Shown piece by piece: positions 49,201 to 58,286 of a DNA stretch of 64,000 nucleotides (within the stretch, counting starts at the first letter, position 1; each line of letters starts with the position of its first letter). The DNA comes from Deltaproteobacteria bacterium (GTDB lineage: Bacteria; JAGRBM01; JAHCIT01). The stretch covers positions 62,001 through 126,000 of the forward strand of contig JAHCIT010000009.1 in NCBI GenBank assembly GCA_026129095.1, given 5' to 3'. The notes below the pieces were generated by a model, which did not search any database, was not told the DNA's origin, and was given only the letters and a program-made list of their open reading frames with translations. The translations under genes were made by a program, and so were the position numbers.

Positions 49201-52200
49201 TTTCGGTCAATCCGTACCTGATCAAGGGGCTCGGCTACTCGGCCGTGGGCGGCGCCTACCAGTTCGCTGACACCACCGTCGAAACAGGCCGCGGCTACTA
49301 CTACATTCTCGAAGAGGTTGAATCGTCAGGAAGCACCCACCGCTACGGCCCCATTTTCGTGGAAGCCCGGCTGGACCATGAAGCGCCGCCCTCCGACTTC
49401 ACCCACGCGAACAACTATCTCACCAGCGTCGTTCCGCCCACCATTCTGGATCCGCTGCTACCGGCCGACGAGATGCCACCCGCACCGCCCGACGCCGCGA
49501 CGCTCCGGACGAACGAAACTCCGGCAGGAGGCGACACCCCGGCCCAGAGCCGCACGGTAGATGTGGAGATCATCCTCCCGGCTCCGGCGTGGTCCACGGT
49601 CGAGATCGGCGATGACGCCTGGGACCGGATCGAGATGCACGGTCTCGACCTGGTGGCTCCCGCCGGATACCCGGCCGTTCCCGGCGCCACGTATCTCATC
49701 AAGGCTCCGCAGGGCACATTCACCGGGCACCAGATCACCGGCACGGACTGGTATCCCGACTACGGCCGGCAGATCCTCCCGGTTGCAGAAACCGGGCTTC
49801 CCGCCTCCGCACTGAATGACCTCGTTGGAGCCGACACTACCGAGCCGGGACCGCCCTCACCGGACGCCATCGTTTATGGGTCCGACGCGCTCTTCCCCTC
49901 CGATGCCGTTGTCGTGAGTCCACCGGTGGAGATCGGCGGCCAGCGGTTTGTCCCCGTGCATGTCACCGGATACCAGTGGAACCCCGTATCCGGCACGGGC
50001 CGCGTCATCCAGCGCATCACGCTGAAACTCCAGTTCACGGACGTGCAGGAGACCAATGCCCTGCCCGCCGTCGATACAGCCCTTCAGCGGCAATGGACAC
50101 TTGCCTCCAGTCCTGCGGCCGTGAAGGTGCTGGTCGGCCATGACGGCATCCAGTCGGTGACGGCTGACGACCTGGGTGCAGCCGGGCTCACGCTCGGCGG
50201 CCCTGCCGCCAACATCCAGTGCTTCCGGAAGGGGAAGGAAATTGCCGTCGATGTGATCGACGCGAACGTGAACGGCCTGTTCGATTCGGGCGACGGGATA
50301 CTCTTTTACGGCGAGAACGACGCGGGTGAATACCGCCTCACCTCGGCCTACTGGTGCATGGCCGGTACCAGCCCGGGCCTCCGGCCTGAAATCGTGGACG
50401 CCCAGCCGGATATCGCCCCGCCGGTTCCAGAGGGGTCGTGGTTCCTCGCCAGCCACCGCTACGAGGAGGACAAGGTCTACTTCGAGACGCTGAATGCCCA
50501 GGACGAAGACCACTGGTTCTGGAAGACGCTATCGGCACAGGCAGGACAGAACGGCGCCCTGAACAACTTCACCGTCACCGCCAATGGGCTGAACACGGCC
50601 GGCCCGCTGGCGGCGGTGACGTTCCAGATCCGGGGGCAGACAGTCAGCACCGCCACACCGGTCAACAACCATCATGTCCGCGTGTTTATCAACGGCACGA
50701 AAGTGGATGATTTCCTGTTCACCGGCCGGGAACTGGTCACACGGCGCACGTCCTTCAGTTCATCGCTGCTTGCCTCCGGAAACAACACGGTCGCCTTCCA
50801 GGTGATTGGCGACCGGGTGTCGAGCGGATTCGTGACGAGCTGGCTCAACTGGATCCAGATCATCTATCCCCGCAGCTACCAGATGCAGGATGGCCGCCTC
50901 GACTTCACCACCCCCGGCGACGGCCGTTACATGGTGACGGACGTGGACGGGAACCCCTGTCTCTACGACGTTTCCGATCCGGTCAGGATCAAGAAACTGA
51001 CCGGCGGAATGGCCTTCGGCGGAACGCTGACGTTTGCCGTCGCGGGCGACGCCCACAAGCGGATACTCACCGCCGTGACCCCAACAGGGGTGAGATACCC
51101 GCCCGTTCAGGCCAATACGCCATCCACGCTGAACGATGTCCGCCGCCGGGCCGATTACATCGCCATCGGGCCGGACGACCTGCTCGCGGCAGCCGAGCCG
51201 CTGCTCCAGCACCGTGAACGAGAGGGGATGCGTGTCCTGCGCGCCCGCGTAAGCGACGTGATGGACGAGTTCGGCTGGGGAGACAGCGACCCGCTGGCCA
51301 TCCGCGGGCTGTTCCGCCACGCCTGGCACCGGTTCCCGTCGAAACCCAAATACGCGCTGCTGGTGGGCGATGCCGACCAGGATGCCCGCGGAATGCTGGC
51401 TCCGCCCGCCGCGGGGAACCAGCACCAGACGCCGACGTTCCTCTACGACAATCCGCATTTCCGCGCACCGGCGGACAACTACCTCGCCCTCCTCGAAGGG
51501 TTCGATATCGTCCCGGATCTTGCGGTGGGGCGTCTTTCGGCCCGCAATGCCGGAGAAGTGACCGCCCAGGTGGAAAAGATTCTCGCCTACGAGGCGCAGC
51601 CGATGACCGCGCCTCATGTGCAAACCGTGACCCTCGTGGCCGACAACGCCATGAACAAGCCCGAGGACAAGCTGATCCGGGCACAAACCGAAAGTGATAT
51701 CGTACCGATCGTCACGGGCTCCGGCCGCTCGGTAAACCGGCTGTACCTGGCCGACGGTTCCCCCCCACCGAATCTGCCGGCGACGACGGCCGGTGTCGCC
51801 GGCAGCCTGAACGCGGGCTCCCTGCTGCTCTATTACCGCGGTCACGGCTCATCGCTCCTGTGGGCGGACGAGCAGATTTTCCGCACCCACAATCCGTTCC
51901 TTCCCATCGGACCCAGCAACCGCGAGGACTGGGACCTGGTGTCGAACACCGAGCGGCTCGCGGTTGTCACCACGTTCGGCTGCCTCGACGGAAACTACGT
52001 CAACCCCTACACGTCGTCGATGTCGGAAGTGGCTATGCGGCGTGCCGATTCGGGCGTCGCGGCCTACCTGGCAGGCAGCGGCCTCTCGACACCGCCTGCC
52101 CATTCGGCGGCCGCACGGGCATTCTACGAAGCCGCCCTCGGGACCGGGCTCGTCCGGATCGGCGACGCCATGCGTGCTGCCATCATGGCCGCGGCCGGAG

Positions 52201-53324
52201 TGGGAGATGCCGACAGCTTCCTGCTGACCTGGACCCTGTTTGGCGATCCGGCCATGCGGCTCAGGATCAACCATGCGCCAGTGATCGACGCGAAGGTACC
52301 CGCCTCGTGGGCCGGCAGTTCGTCCGTTCCGCTCGATGCACGCAACTCCGCCGACCCGAACGGCGATACGGTTTCCTTCCGCTGGACGCTCATCGACAGG
52401 CCCGCCGCCGCCACCTCGGCCCAGATCCGCGGCGCCGAAACGGCCCGTGCGGTGCTGGTGCCTGGCGGGACGGGCCGCTACCGGGTACGGCTTACCGTGA
52501 CAGACTCGTGGGGGCTGACCTCGCTCAGGGATTTCACCACCACTGTCCAGAGCCTCGACACCGACGGCGACCTGGACGGAATCCCCGATTCGGTCGAGAT
52601 ACTCCTCGGGACGAATCCCAACAGCTCCGATTCCGATGGCGACGGCATTGATGACCTTACCGAACTGGGCGACTTCAGCCGGCCCTGGGATACCGACCGG
52701 GACGGCGTGATTGACGCCCTCGACACCGATTCGGACGGCGACGGCATCAGCGACCGGCTGGAGGGCACCTCCGACACCGACGGCGACGGCGTGCCGAACT
52801 ACCGCGACCTCGACTCCGACGGCGACGGAAAGCCCGACAGCATTGAAGGGACGGGCGATCTCGACGGCGATGGCATCCCCAACTGGCTGGATGCCGACGA
52901 CCACGACGGCCCGCTCGGCGACCCCGACATGGACGGCGTGACGAACCTCGTGGAAAACCTCTGTGGCAGCAGCCCGTGGCATTTCGATTCCGACCGGGAC
53001 GGCATACCGGACGGCATCGAGGCATTTGTAACCGAAACCGGCTCGTTCGACCTGGACGGCTACCCGGCCGGCGCCATCCACAGCGACTGCGGCCTCCCCG
53101 ACCGGGATGGCGACGGCATCCCCGACATACTGGACCCCGATACGGACGGCGACGGCATCCCCGACCTTGTGGAAGGTGCCCGTGACCTGGACGGCGACGG
53201 CATCCCCAACTTCCGCGACCTCGACTCCGATGGCGACGGCATCCCCGACGCCGCGCTGGAAGACGGCTCGCCCAACTACGAGATCCCCGTCACCACCGAA
53301 CCCCGCTTCGCAATCGAAGAATAG
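46242..53324 (+). CDS. Giant secreted C25 (gingipain/PorU-type) cysteine protease with PKD-like domain and Ca-binding DxDGDG repeats
   Basis: Signal peptide; ADYIAI, YALLVGD, AVGRL, catalytic GHGS (His 51843-51845) and FGCLDG (Cys 51981-51983), LFGDP; C-terminal DxDGDGIPD repeats. Confidence 0.85.
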   Translation: MQSRLNHTKCKPKQQRRRPFLAALVLAAAMVAIEKPADAFITGFDTTLVPPAPNNSLVLEVPAGQRGTVSALVFPYSGGTPAAANDHFGNNQDGGFAWNVDDCAGAKYAVRWDPAGGGGAGGVRHYGLTSCNGNTGRSGLFNEVSRTQTNFNVTPFGDLEAVIRMETFQNGAGGGQNRQMRVVQKTVIRNNNQWFGQSYRFTNESGVNYSDGGGGLWFFSGVDWNFCQNFNNDDSIYDAASDTIIGNKQTASVPATCGAGNFVAGGFTARCTAGGCAPTWTSDVRRCAAYNTIWSDMNSNAGTGGCPYGGDAGTYLRWNLGALNAGATTILPIIWSYQQSSSVANARTAVINSIQTGMPQRYNASAIDITFSPETSGDRYNSLLTANLTIGGNVGLRGWVDVTVPSNLSITGPAGCLVGSQAMTAVDLAVPSPESASVGTYNRSLASCAAGVHTVNLCSNLTDDSTPGDDCVSRTFTISTFLIEPDGNTTAAPGDTVNYPVSTYKDSTGTQTYDFTVSASSQGWTTQLWYIGPVIGACGAPPCLMAEDTDGNGTWDTVTAAFDTNSNGNPDFGVSNGINNGAGAGSPRLQIRKLIPVTEGSGITDETVLTGTEGANTDTLTVTTSTTAPTPVTKTLHLHPANQMNTFPDTQVAASNTAVAPASTIFWQQTTAFATGFNILGAGNIVGQMYVGTAGANRSVTFTLLTTGPSGCPANLGAVTQNINQPAANPALTTVNFASIPTLEVPAGCRVVLAITNNTVTAGNLTVYHDNQGTGHRSRINFTTTSFVRVADMDLYSGACPGTTPVLSIAPTGAPGPDGITACLRAVISDPFGAGDIGAPPPTPVNFAKISVTDPFGSYMCYQGVGNPSTNCNRINNLEMNFLSATASSNTYTFGIPIPSKHPTSGDQQAQAQTGTYEVTVTGYESNGVTYTRSFTFFVTAALAAKLLSFEGSGYENRNDIRWLTGQEIDTLGYNIYRSDLPDRGFVSVNPYLIKGLGYSAVGGAYQFADTTVETGRGYYYILEEVESSGSTHRYGPIFVEARLDHEAPPSDFTHANNYLTSVVPPTILDPLLPADEMPPAPPDAATLRTNETPAGGDTPAQSRTVDVEIILPAPAWSTVEIGDDAWDRIEMHGLDLVAPAGYPAVPGATYLIKAPQGTFTGHQITGTDWYPDYGRQILPVAETGLPASALNDLVGADTTEPGPPSPDAIVYGSDALFPSDAVVVSPPVEIGGQRFVPVHVTGYQWNPVSGTGRVIQRITLKLQFTDVQETNALPAVDTALQRQWTLASSPAAVKVLVGHDGIQSVTADDLGAAGLTLGGPAANIQCFRKGKEIAVDVIDANVNGLFDSGDGILFYGENDAGEYRLTSAYWCMAGTSPGLRPEIVDAQPDIAPPVPEGSWFLASHRYEEDKVYFETLNAQDEDHWFWKTLSAQAGQNGALNNFTVTANGLNTAGPLAAVTFQIRGQTVSTATPVNNHHVRVFINGTKVDDFLFTGRELVTRRTSFSSSLLASGNNTVAFQVIGDRVSSGFVTSWLNWIQIIYPRSYQMQDGRLDFTTPGDGRYMVTDVDGNPCLYDVSDPVRIKKLTGGMAFGGTLTFAVAGDAHKRILTAVTPTGVRYPPVQANTPSTLNDVRRRADYIAIGPDDLLAAAEPLLQHREREGMRVLRARVSDVMDEFGWGDSDPLAIRGLFRHAWHRFPSKPKYALLVGDADQDARGMLAPPAAGNQHQTPTFLYDNPHFRAPADNYLALLEGFDIVPDLAVGRLSARNAGEVTAQVEKILAYEAQPMTAPHVQTVTLVADNAMNKPEDKLIRAQTESDIVPIVTGSGRSVNRLYLADGSPPPNLPATTAGVAGSLNAGSLLLYYRGHGSSLLWADEQIFRTHNPFLPIGPSNREDWDLVSNTERLAVVTTFGCLDGNYVNPYTSSMSEVAMRRADSGVAAYLAGSGLSTPPAHSAAARAFYEAALGTGLVRIGDAMRAAIMAAAGVGDADSFLLTWTLFGDPAMRLRINHAPVIDAKVPASWAGSSSVPLDARNSADPNGDTVSFRWTLIDRPAAATSAQIRGAETARAVLVPGGTGRYRVRLTVTDSWGLTSLRDFTTTVQSLDTDGDLDGIPDSVEILLGTNPNSSDSDGDGIDDLTELGDFSRPWDTDRDGVIDALDTDSDGDGISDRLEGTSDTDGDGVPNYRDLDSDGDGKPDSIEGTGDLDGDGIPNWLDADDHDGPLGDPDMDGVTNLVENLCGSSPWHFDSDRDGIPDGIEAFVTETGSFDLDGYPAGAIHSDCGLPDRDGDGIPDILDPDTDGDGIPDLVEGARDLDGDGIPNFRDLDSDGDGIPDAALEDGSPNYEIPVTTEPRFAIEE
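52557..53249 (+). repeat. Coding TSP3-like Ca-binding repeats (D-T/S-DGDGIPD)
   Basis: More than ten degenerate copies of gac-n-gacggcgacggcatcccc, all in frame. Confidence 0.85.
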
Positions 53325-53349
53325 ACGGGTTCGCTTACCCAAAAATAAC

Positions 53350-53373
53350 GAGCCCGGGTTATACCCCGGGCTC
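53350..53373. terminator. Terminator hairpin between the C25 gene and the CRISPR locus
   Basis: GAGCCCGGG-TTATAC-CCCGGGCTC; the A-tract on its left gives a U-tail on the minus strand. Confidence 0.6.
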
Positions 53374-53403
53374 AAGGTTGTTCCGGAAGGTTGCCCAACC
53401 GGA

Positions 53404-53432
53404 TTAACATTCAGTTTTTTGTTGTGTAGAAT
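53404..53432 (+). promoter_or_regulatory. Putative sigma70 promoter for cas9
   Basis: TTAACA-N17-TAGAAT. Confidence 0.5.
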
Positions 53433-53471
53433 ATTTTCCGCTTAGCGGACGAATATGTGCTTAGGGGATTG

Positions 53472-53590
53472 AAAAAATTTGCCCCAGGCCGTGGGTTACA
53501 CGAACTGGGGCTAGATGCAATAAGCCTGCGGATTTTCACCTTTTGGGTGTCACCTTATTTTGGGTGCGGGCAGGCTCCAGTCAGTTACGC
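53472..53590 (-). ncRNA. tracrRNA
   Basis: Anti-repeat with 24/24 complementarity to the repeat (53565-53588), lower stem CAAAAU, then AAGG...UCCG nexus, a GCCCCAG/CUGGGGC hairpin and a U-tract. Confidence 0.9.
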
Positions 53591-53594
53591 GACA

Positions 53595-53623
53595 AAAATA
53601 GTCCGAATGTTATCCGGAATCAA
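53595..53623 (-). promoter_or_regulatory. tracrRNA promoter
   Basis: Minus strand TTGATT-N17-TATTTT, placing the TSS at the start of the anti-repeat. Confidence 0.65.
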
Positions 53624-53637
53624 GAGGGTTCAACCAA

Positions 53638-56600
53638 ATGGAAGATTACAACTTCAAAACCACCTTGGGTTTCGATATCGGAACGAACTCTGTCGGAAGC
53701 GCATGGGTAGACGTTTCAGGACGCGACATCACCTTTGGAGTCAGTATATTCCCCAAAGGCGTAGAGGAAAGTGAAAGCAAACGAGGAGCGCCAAAAAACC
53801 TGGCTCGCCGATCCAAACGATCTCAACGGCGAATGTTTGATAGGCGAGCAAAAAGGTTACGCCGCTTACGGTCGGTCCTCACAGCGCACGGCCTGCTACC
53901 TTCAGACCCCGAAGAATTCCGGCGCCTGTTCTATCCGACGAGAAAAGAAATAAAACAAACCGGAAAAAAGCAAGACAATCCATGGCTGCTCCGCCGAAAA
54001 GCATTGTCCGAACCGCTTGAACCATACGAACTTGGTAGAGTGCTTCTGCACCTTTCCCAGCAGCGTGGAGCGTTTGGCGTAGATTTTGAAGAAGGTGATA
54101 CCGAATCAGAGAACAGGAAAGAACAGCCCCAGAAGAAGGAAGCTTTGGCACGGACCCAATGCGAACTGAACGGCCGCACTTACGGTCAAATGATGGCCGA
54201 CCTGTTCGATACGGAAAAAGTTCCTCTGAAAGAACAACCACCCGATGGCAAATTCTACCGGAAGCCCATACGCAACAGACGGGGCGCTTACCTGTTTCAT
54301 GCCGACAGAGAGATGATTCGGGATGAATTCCGGCGGATTTGGACAAAACAGAAGTCATTACCTGGGAAACTCACTGGGCTGCTCACCGACGATTTCAGAA
54401 CCATACTTGATAACCCCCAAGGCGATGCGACCTGGCGTCACAAAGGCGAGATATTTGGTCAGCGGCGCACTTACTGGGACACCGGTACGCTCAGCCGGTG
54501 CATACTGGAACCGACCGATTTATGCTGCCCGCTTGGCGACCGCTATGCACAGGAATTTAGGGTGCTTGAAACCGTCAACAGCATCCGTATTGACGACCGT
54601 GCGCCAGGATCACGGCCGTTGACAGACGAAGAACGCGCCGCTCTTATTACCGCATTACGGAAAGAGAGGAATGGCACCGTTGAGCGGGTGAAGAAAGCTC
54701 TCGAAATCGACAAGAAAACCCTCAGAAAGAAGGGGGGCGCTGACGTCTATCGCCTTAACCTGGAAAACGATCCCGACCGAGAGATCAATACCGACTGGTT
54801 TTACCGGGAAATCGTACACGGGGTATTCGGCCATGATTCGATTGAGAATTTGTCCGATGCCGACCGCGTTCGCCGTCTCGATTCCGTCAATAGCGCACTG
54901 CTCAAATACGATCCTGCGTCTGCAGCAGATAGTCATCGCTTATCGGACAAAGCGGAAGCATGGTGGAAGCTGGATTCAAGTCAGATAGAACGGCTGCTCA
55001 CTGCGTGGAAAGAACGCCCGAATCCACAACAACGAATGAGGCTTTCCCGGCGGGCGATTATCAATCTGTTGCCTTATTTGAGGCAAGGCTATTCAGTCAC
55101 AGAGGCCAGGCAACATTTTGCGGAAGACGAACAAAGTGGAGCTTCTCCAGAACAACGCATACGATATGCACATACCGTTACTGAAGCAGTAAAAACGATT
55201 CTTAAAAACTCCGTACCTCCTCAAGACCTTCCCAGGCTTTTCCAGCTACGAACATCCAATAAAGCAACCCGTCGGTATATTGAGAGACGAAATGGAGTTT
55301 TGCCGCCACCACCATTTATCGCCAATCGCGTGGCCCGGAAAGCTGTCTACGAGGTCCGAAGACATCTGATTCATTACTTACGAAAGTTCGGCCAAAAACC
55401 CGATAGAGTGATCGTTGAACTAGCCAGGGATGCTACCCAGCCAGCCAAGCGCCGAGACAAACAGCTCGCAGAAAACCGGCAGAGAGAAAAAGACCGAAAA
55501 ACCATCCTTGAATCATATGGATTATCCGGGAAACAAAAAAATCAGCAAGATAAAGCTGTTGAACGTATTCGCTTGTGGCAGGAACAAAAGGGTATCTGCC
55601 CCTATTCCGGAGAGTGCATTCCACCTCAGATTCTGACCGATAGCAATGCCATGCCTGGTAAACGGATAGAAGTCGACCACATCATTCCTCGAAGCCGTTC
55701 CGGCGTAGACAACAGCTTCAACAATAAGTTGCTATGTTTTGCGGATTCCAACAGGACCAAGGGAGACCGCACTCCGAAAGAGTGGTTAACGGCGGAGCAG
55801 TTCGAACAACTGGAGCAACGACTCCAGCATCTTCCCGGGAAAAATGGTGTTAATCCGGTCAAATGGAAAATCCTGCATAAAGACGCACCAAAATCCGATG
55901 AGGATGGATTTACCAACTCTCAGCTATCCGATACCGCTTATGCCTCTGTGCAAATCTGCGACTATTTACGCAACGCCCTTTACGACGGAGAGATGGATGG
56001 CAGACGCCGCGTGTTTACAACGAAAGGCCGATTTACCGCCATACTTCGTAAGGAGTGGGGCCTGTTTGAAAGTGCTCTTGATGCCGAATGGCATCCGGAG
56101 TTAGCCCAGCCTGCCGCTGAAATAGAGCCCGGAAATGACCGGCCTGTCAGCCGTAAGGATGGAAAGCGCCGATGGGATCACCGCCATCATGCAATAGACG
56201 CCGTCGTAATTGCCATGACCGGCCCTGAGCGAATCCAGGAGCTATCCCGGCGTGCTCAGCAACAAGAATTGCAGAAAAAAGAAAGTGGACTCACACCGAA
56301 ACAGGCGAAACTTGACCCGCCATGGAATAGTTTTAAAGATCAAGTACTTACAAAATTGAAAGGCCACGTAGTTGCGCACCGGCCCACAAAGCGAAAAGTG
56401 GTCGGAGCTCTACATGAAGACAACCCTTTCGGACGGGCGAAATCACCGGTGAACCGCGATACATACCTAAAAGGTCTCTACCAGCAGCGCGTCGGGGTAT
56501 CGAAGATCACGGACAGCAGCTTTGGAGAGATTAGACCGCCTTCCAAGGCAAATGGCGAATGGAGTACAGGAGGCAAACCCGTAATCTTGAATCCCACACT

Positions 56601-57360
56601 CCGAAAACAACTTAAATTACACGGCGCTATAGACAAAAATACAAGGGTGATTTTACAAACTACCGGAATCCCGGTATTCAAATGGACGAGCGCACGGGCG
56701 ATCGGAGACCCTGTCGAGATAAAGTCCCGGAAAGATGGCGTTCAGAGATTTTATCGCCCCGATAATAACCATCATATCGAGATATTAGCGCATAAAGAAT
56801 CCAATGAATGGACTGGAATTTGCTGGAGCATGTTCCATGCTGCGCGCAGAGCAAAACCCCCAAAAATACTTAAACAGTATCGCCTACCATTGGTCATAGG
56901 TCGAAGCCTTGGACAATTAATTGAAAATCGAGATCATCTCTCAGCTTCTCTAGCAACATTGTATGGAGATGAATTAGGTCTGAAATTATTTAGAATATAT
57001 GAATCGCATAATTTTATTTTTTCGGTCAGTTTAGGAGAGATTTTCCGGATGAGGCATAAAAAGACCAATATGCCAGGATTTTTCAAAGTCGTAAAAATCG
57101 AGGACAGAAGCATCACTTTCACCGGCCACTGGGATGCTCGAGGAGCCCCCAGCAAAAAACCTAATGATGGCAAGAAAAACAAACAAAAGACTGGGACAGC
57201 AGGCACTATCGGCACGTCAGAAATGGTAGCGAACCCGCCTCGAGATGAATTCAGCTGCAGTCCTGCACAAATGAAAGATTTAGGTTCTGAACCCGGTATC
57301 GCACCCTACAAGGTAAGAATTAGCCCCCTAGGAGTAATAGAGAAAATCGAACTGGATTGA
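53638..57360 (+). CDS. cas9: Type II-C CRISPR endonuclease Cas9 (1240 aa)
   Basis: RuvC-I LGFDIGTNSVG, Arg-rich bridge helix, RuvC-II VIVELARD, HNH EVDHIIPRS..NNKLL..N..KG, RuvC-III DHRHHAIDAVVIA. Confidence 0.97.
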   Translation: MEDYNFKTTLGFDIGTNSVGSAWVDVSGRDITFGVSIFPKGVEESESKRGAPKNLARRSKRSQRRMFDRRAKRLRRLRSVLTAHGLLPSDPEEFRRLFYPTRKEIKQTGKKQDNPWLLRRKALSEPLEPYELGRVLLHLSQQRGAFGVDFEEGDTESENRKEQPQKKEALARTQCELNGRTYGQMMADLFDTEKVPLKEQPPDGKFYRKPIRNRRGAYLFHADREMIRDEFRRIWTKQKSLPGKLTGLLTDDFRTILDNPQGDATWRHKGEIFGQRRTYWDTGTLSRCILEPTDLCCPLGDRYAQEFRVLETVNSIRIDDRAPGSRPLTDEERAALITALRKERNGTVERVKKALEIDKKTLRKKGGADVYRLNLENDPDREINTDWFYREIVHGVFGHDSIENLSDADRVRRLDSVNSALLKYDPASAADSHRLSDKAEAWWKLDSSQIERLLTAWKERPNPQQRMRLSRRAIINLLPYLRQGYSVTEARQHFAEDEQSGASPEQRIRYAHTVTEAVKTILKNSVPPQDLPRLFQLRTSNKATRRYIERRNGVLPPPPFIANRVARKAVYEVRRHLIHYLRKFGQKPDRVIVELARDATQPAKRRDKQLAENRQREKDRKTILESYGLSGKQKNQQDKAVERIRLWQEQKGICPYSGECIPPQILTDSNAMPGKRIEVDHIIPRSRSGVDNSFNNKLLCFADSNRTKGDRTPKEWLTAEQFEQLEQRLQHLPGKNGVNPVKWKILHKDAPKSDEDGFTNSQLSDTAYASVQICDYLRNALYDGEMDGRRRVFTTKGRFTAILRKEWGLFESALDAEWHPELAQPAAEIEPGNDRPVSRKDGKRRWDHRHHAIDAVVIAMTGPERIQELSRRAQQQELQKKESGLTPKQAKLDPPWNSFKDQVLTKLKGHVVAHRPTKRKVVGALHEDNPFGRAKSPVNRDTYLKGLYQQRVGVSKITDSSFGEIRPPSKANGEWSTGGKPVILNPTLRKQLKLHGAIDKNTRVILQTTGIPVFKWTSARAIGDPVEIKSRKDGVQRFYRPDNNHHIEILAHKESNEWTGICWSMFHAARRAKPPKILKQYRLPLVIGRSLGQLIENRDHLSASLATLYGDELGLKLFRIYESHNFIFSVSLGEIFRMRHKKTNMPGFFKVVKIEDRSITFTGHWDARGAPSKKPNDGKKNKQKTGTAGTIGTSEMVANPPRDEFSCSPAQMKDLGSEPGIAPYKVRISPLGVIEKIELD

Positions 57361-57404
57361 CCTTCCCCCTGAAAACCGATCCAGTTTTTGGGGTGAGGTC
57401 ACCC

Positions 57405-58286
57405 ATGATTAAACGCTGTATCGAAATCTCGGAGAAGCCCGCCTACCTGTCGCTGCGCGACGGGCAGATGATCATCAAACACGGAGACGAAATCCTCTCA
57501 ACCGTTCCCATCGAGGATCTGGGCGTCCTCATCGTGGACAACCCCGGCGTCACCTATTCCCACGGCCTGCTCGGTGCCCTGCTGGAGGCGAACGTGGCCG
57601 TCGTCGTCTGCGGCCGGAACCGCCACCCGGCGGGGCTGCTGCTGCCGGTGGAGGGCCATACGCTCCAGAACCGGGCGGCAGCAGCGCAGGCGGCGGCCAG
57701 CGACAGCCTGCGGAAACGGCTCTGGAGGCAGATCGTGCGGGCCAAGGTGCAGCACCAGGGGCAGGTGGTGGCCGAACAGGGAGCCGAGGCCGGCGCGTTC
57801 ACGGAACTGGCCCGGCAGGTGAAGAATGGCGACCCAGACAACATCGAGGCGCAGGCGGCGCAGCGGTACTGGCCGCTGCTGTTCACTCCCGCCTTCCGGC
57901 GGAGCGACGAATCGCAGTTCATCAACTCGTTTCTCGACTACGGCTACACGGTGCTGCGGGCGGCGGTGGCGCGGGCCATCGCCGGGGCCGGACTGCACCC
58001 CTCGCTGGGGCTCCACCACCGGAACCAGTACAACGCCTTCGCGCTGGCCGATGACCTCATCGAGCCGTTCCGCCCGTTCACCGACCGGGCGGTGATCCGG
58101 CTGGTGAACGGGCAGGCGGACACCCTGGACAAGCGGGCCAAGGCCGAACTCCTCAGCGTGCTGTCGGTTCCGGCTGCCATCCAGAACCGGCGGGTTCCGC
58201 TCATGGTGGCCCTGCATACGACGGCGGCGTCGCTCCGCGAGTGCTACACGGGCGAGCGGGACACCCTGGAGTTTCCGGCGCCATGA
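57405..58286 (+). CDS. cas1: Type II CRISPR-associated Cas1
   Basis: VPIEDLGVLIVD, NIEAQAAQRYW, LDYGY, GLHHRNQYNAFALADDLIEPFRP; GAGGT RBS. Confidence 0.96.
   Translation: MIKRCIEISEKPAYLSLRDGQMIIKHGDEILSTVPIEDLGVLIVDNPGVTYSHGLLGALLEANVAVVVCGRNRHPAGLLLPVEGHTLQNRAAAAQAAASDSLRKRLWRQIVRAKVQHQGQVVAEQGAEAGAFTELARQVKNGDPDNIEAQAAQRYWPLLFTPAFRRSDESQFINSFLDYGYTVLRAAVARAIAGAGLHPSLGLHHRNQYNAFALADDLIEPFRPFTDRAVIRLVNGQADTLDKRAKAELLSVLSVPAAIQNRRVPLMVALHTTAASLRECYTGERDTLEFPAP

Noticed and set aside
52557-53249. Repetitive DNA just upstream of cas9 as a second CRISPR array
   Set aside because: In-frame, codon-degenerate DxDGDG protein repeats with irregular spacing.
53457-53774. 105-aa ORF overlapping the cas9 start as an anti-CRISPR or regulator
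   Set aside because: It overlaps the tracrRNA and cas9 out of frame and has no protein-like motif.
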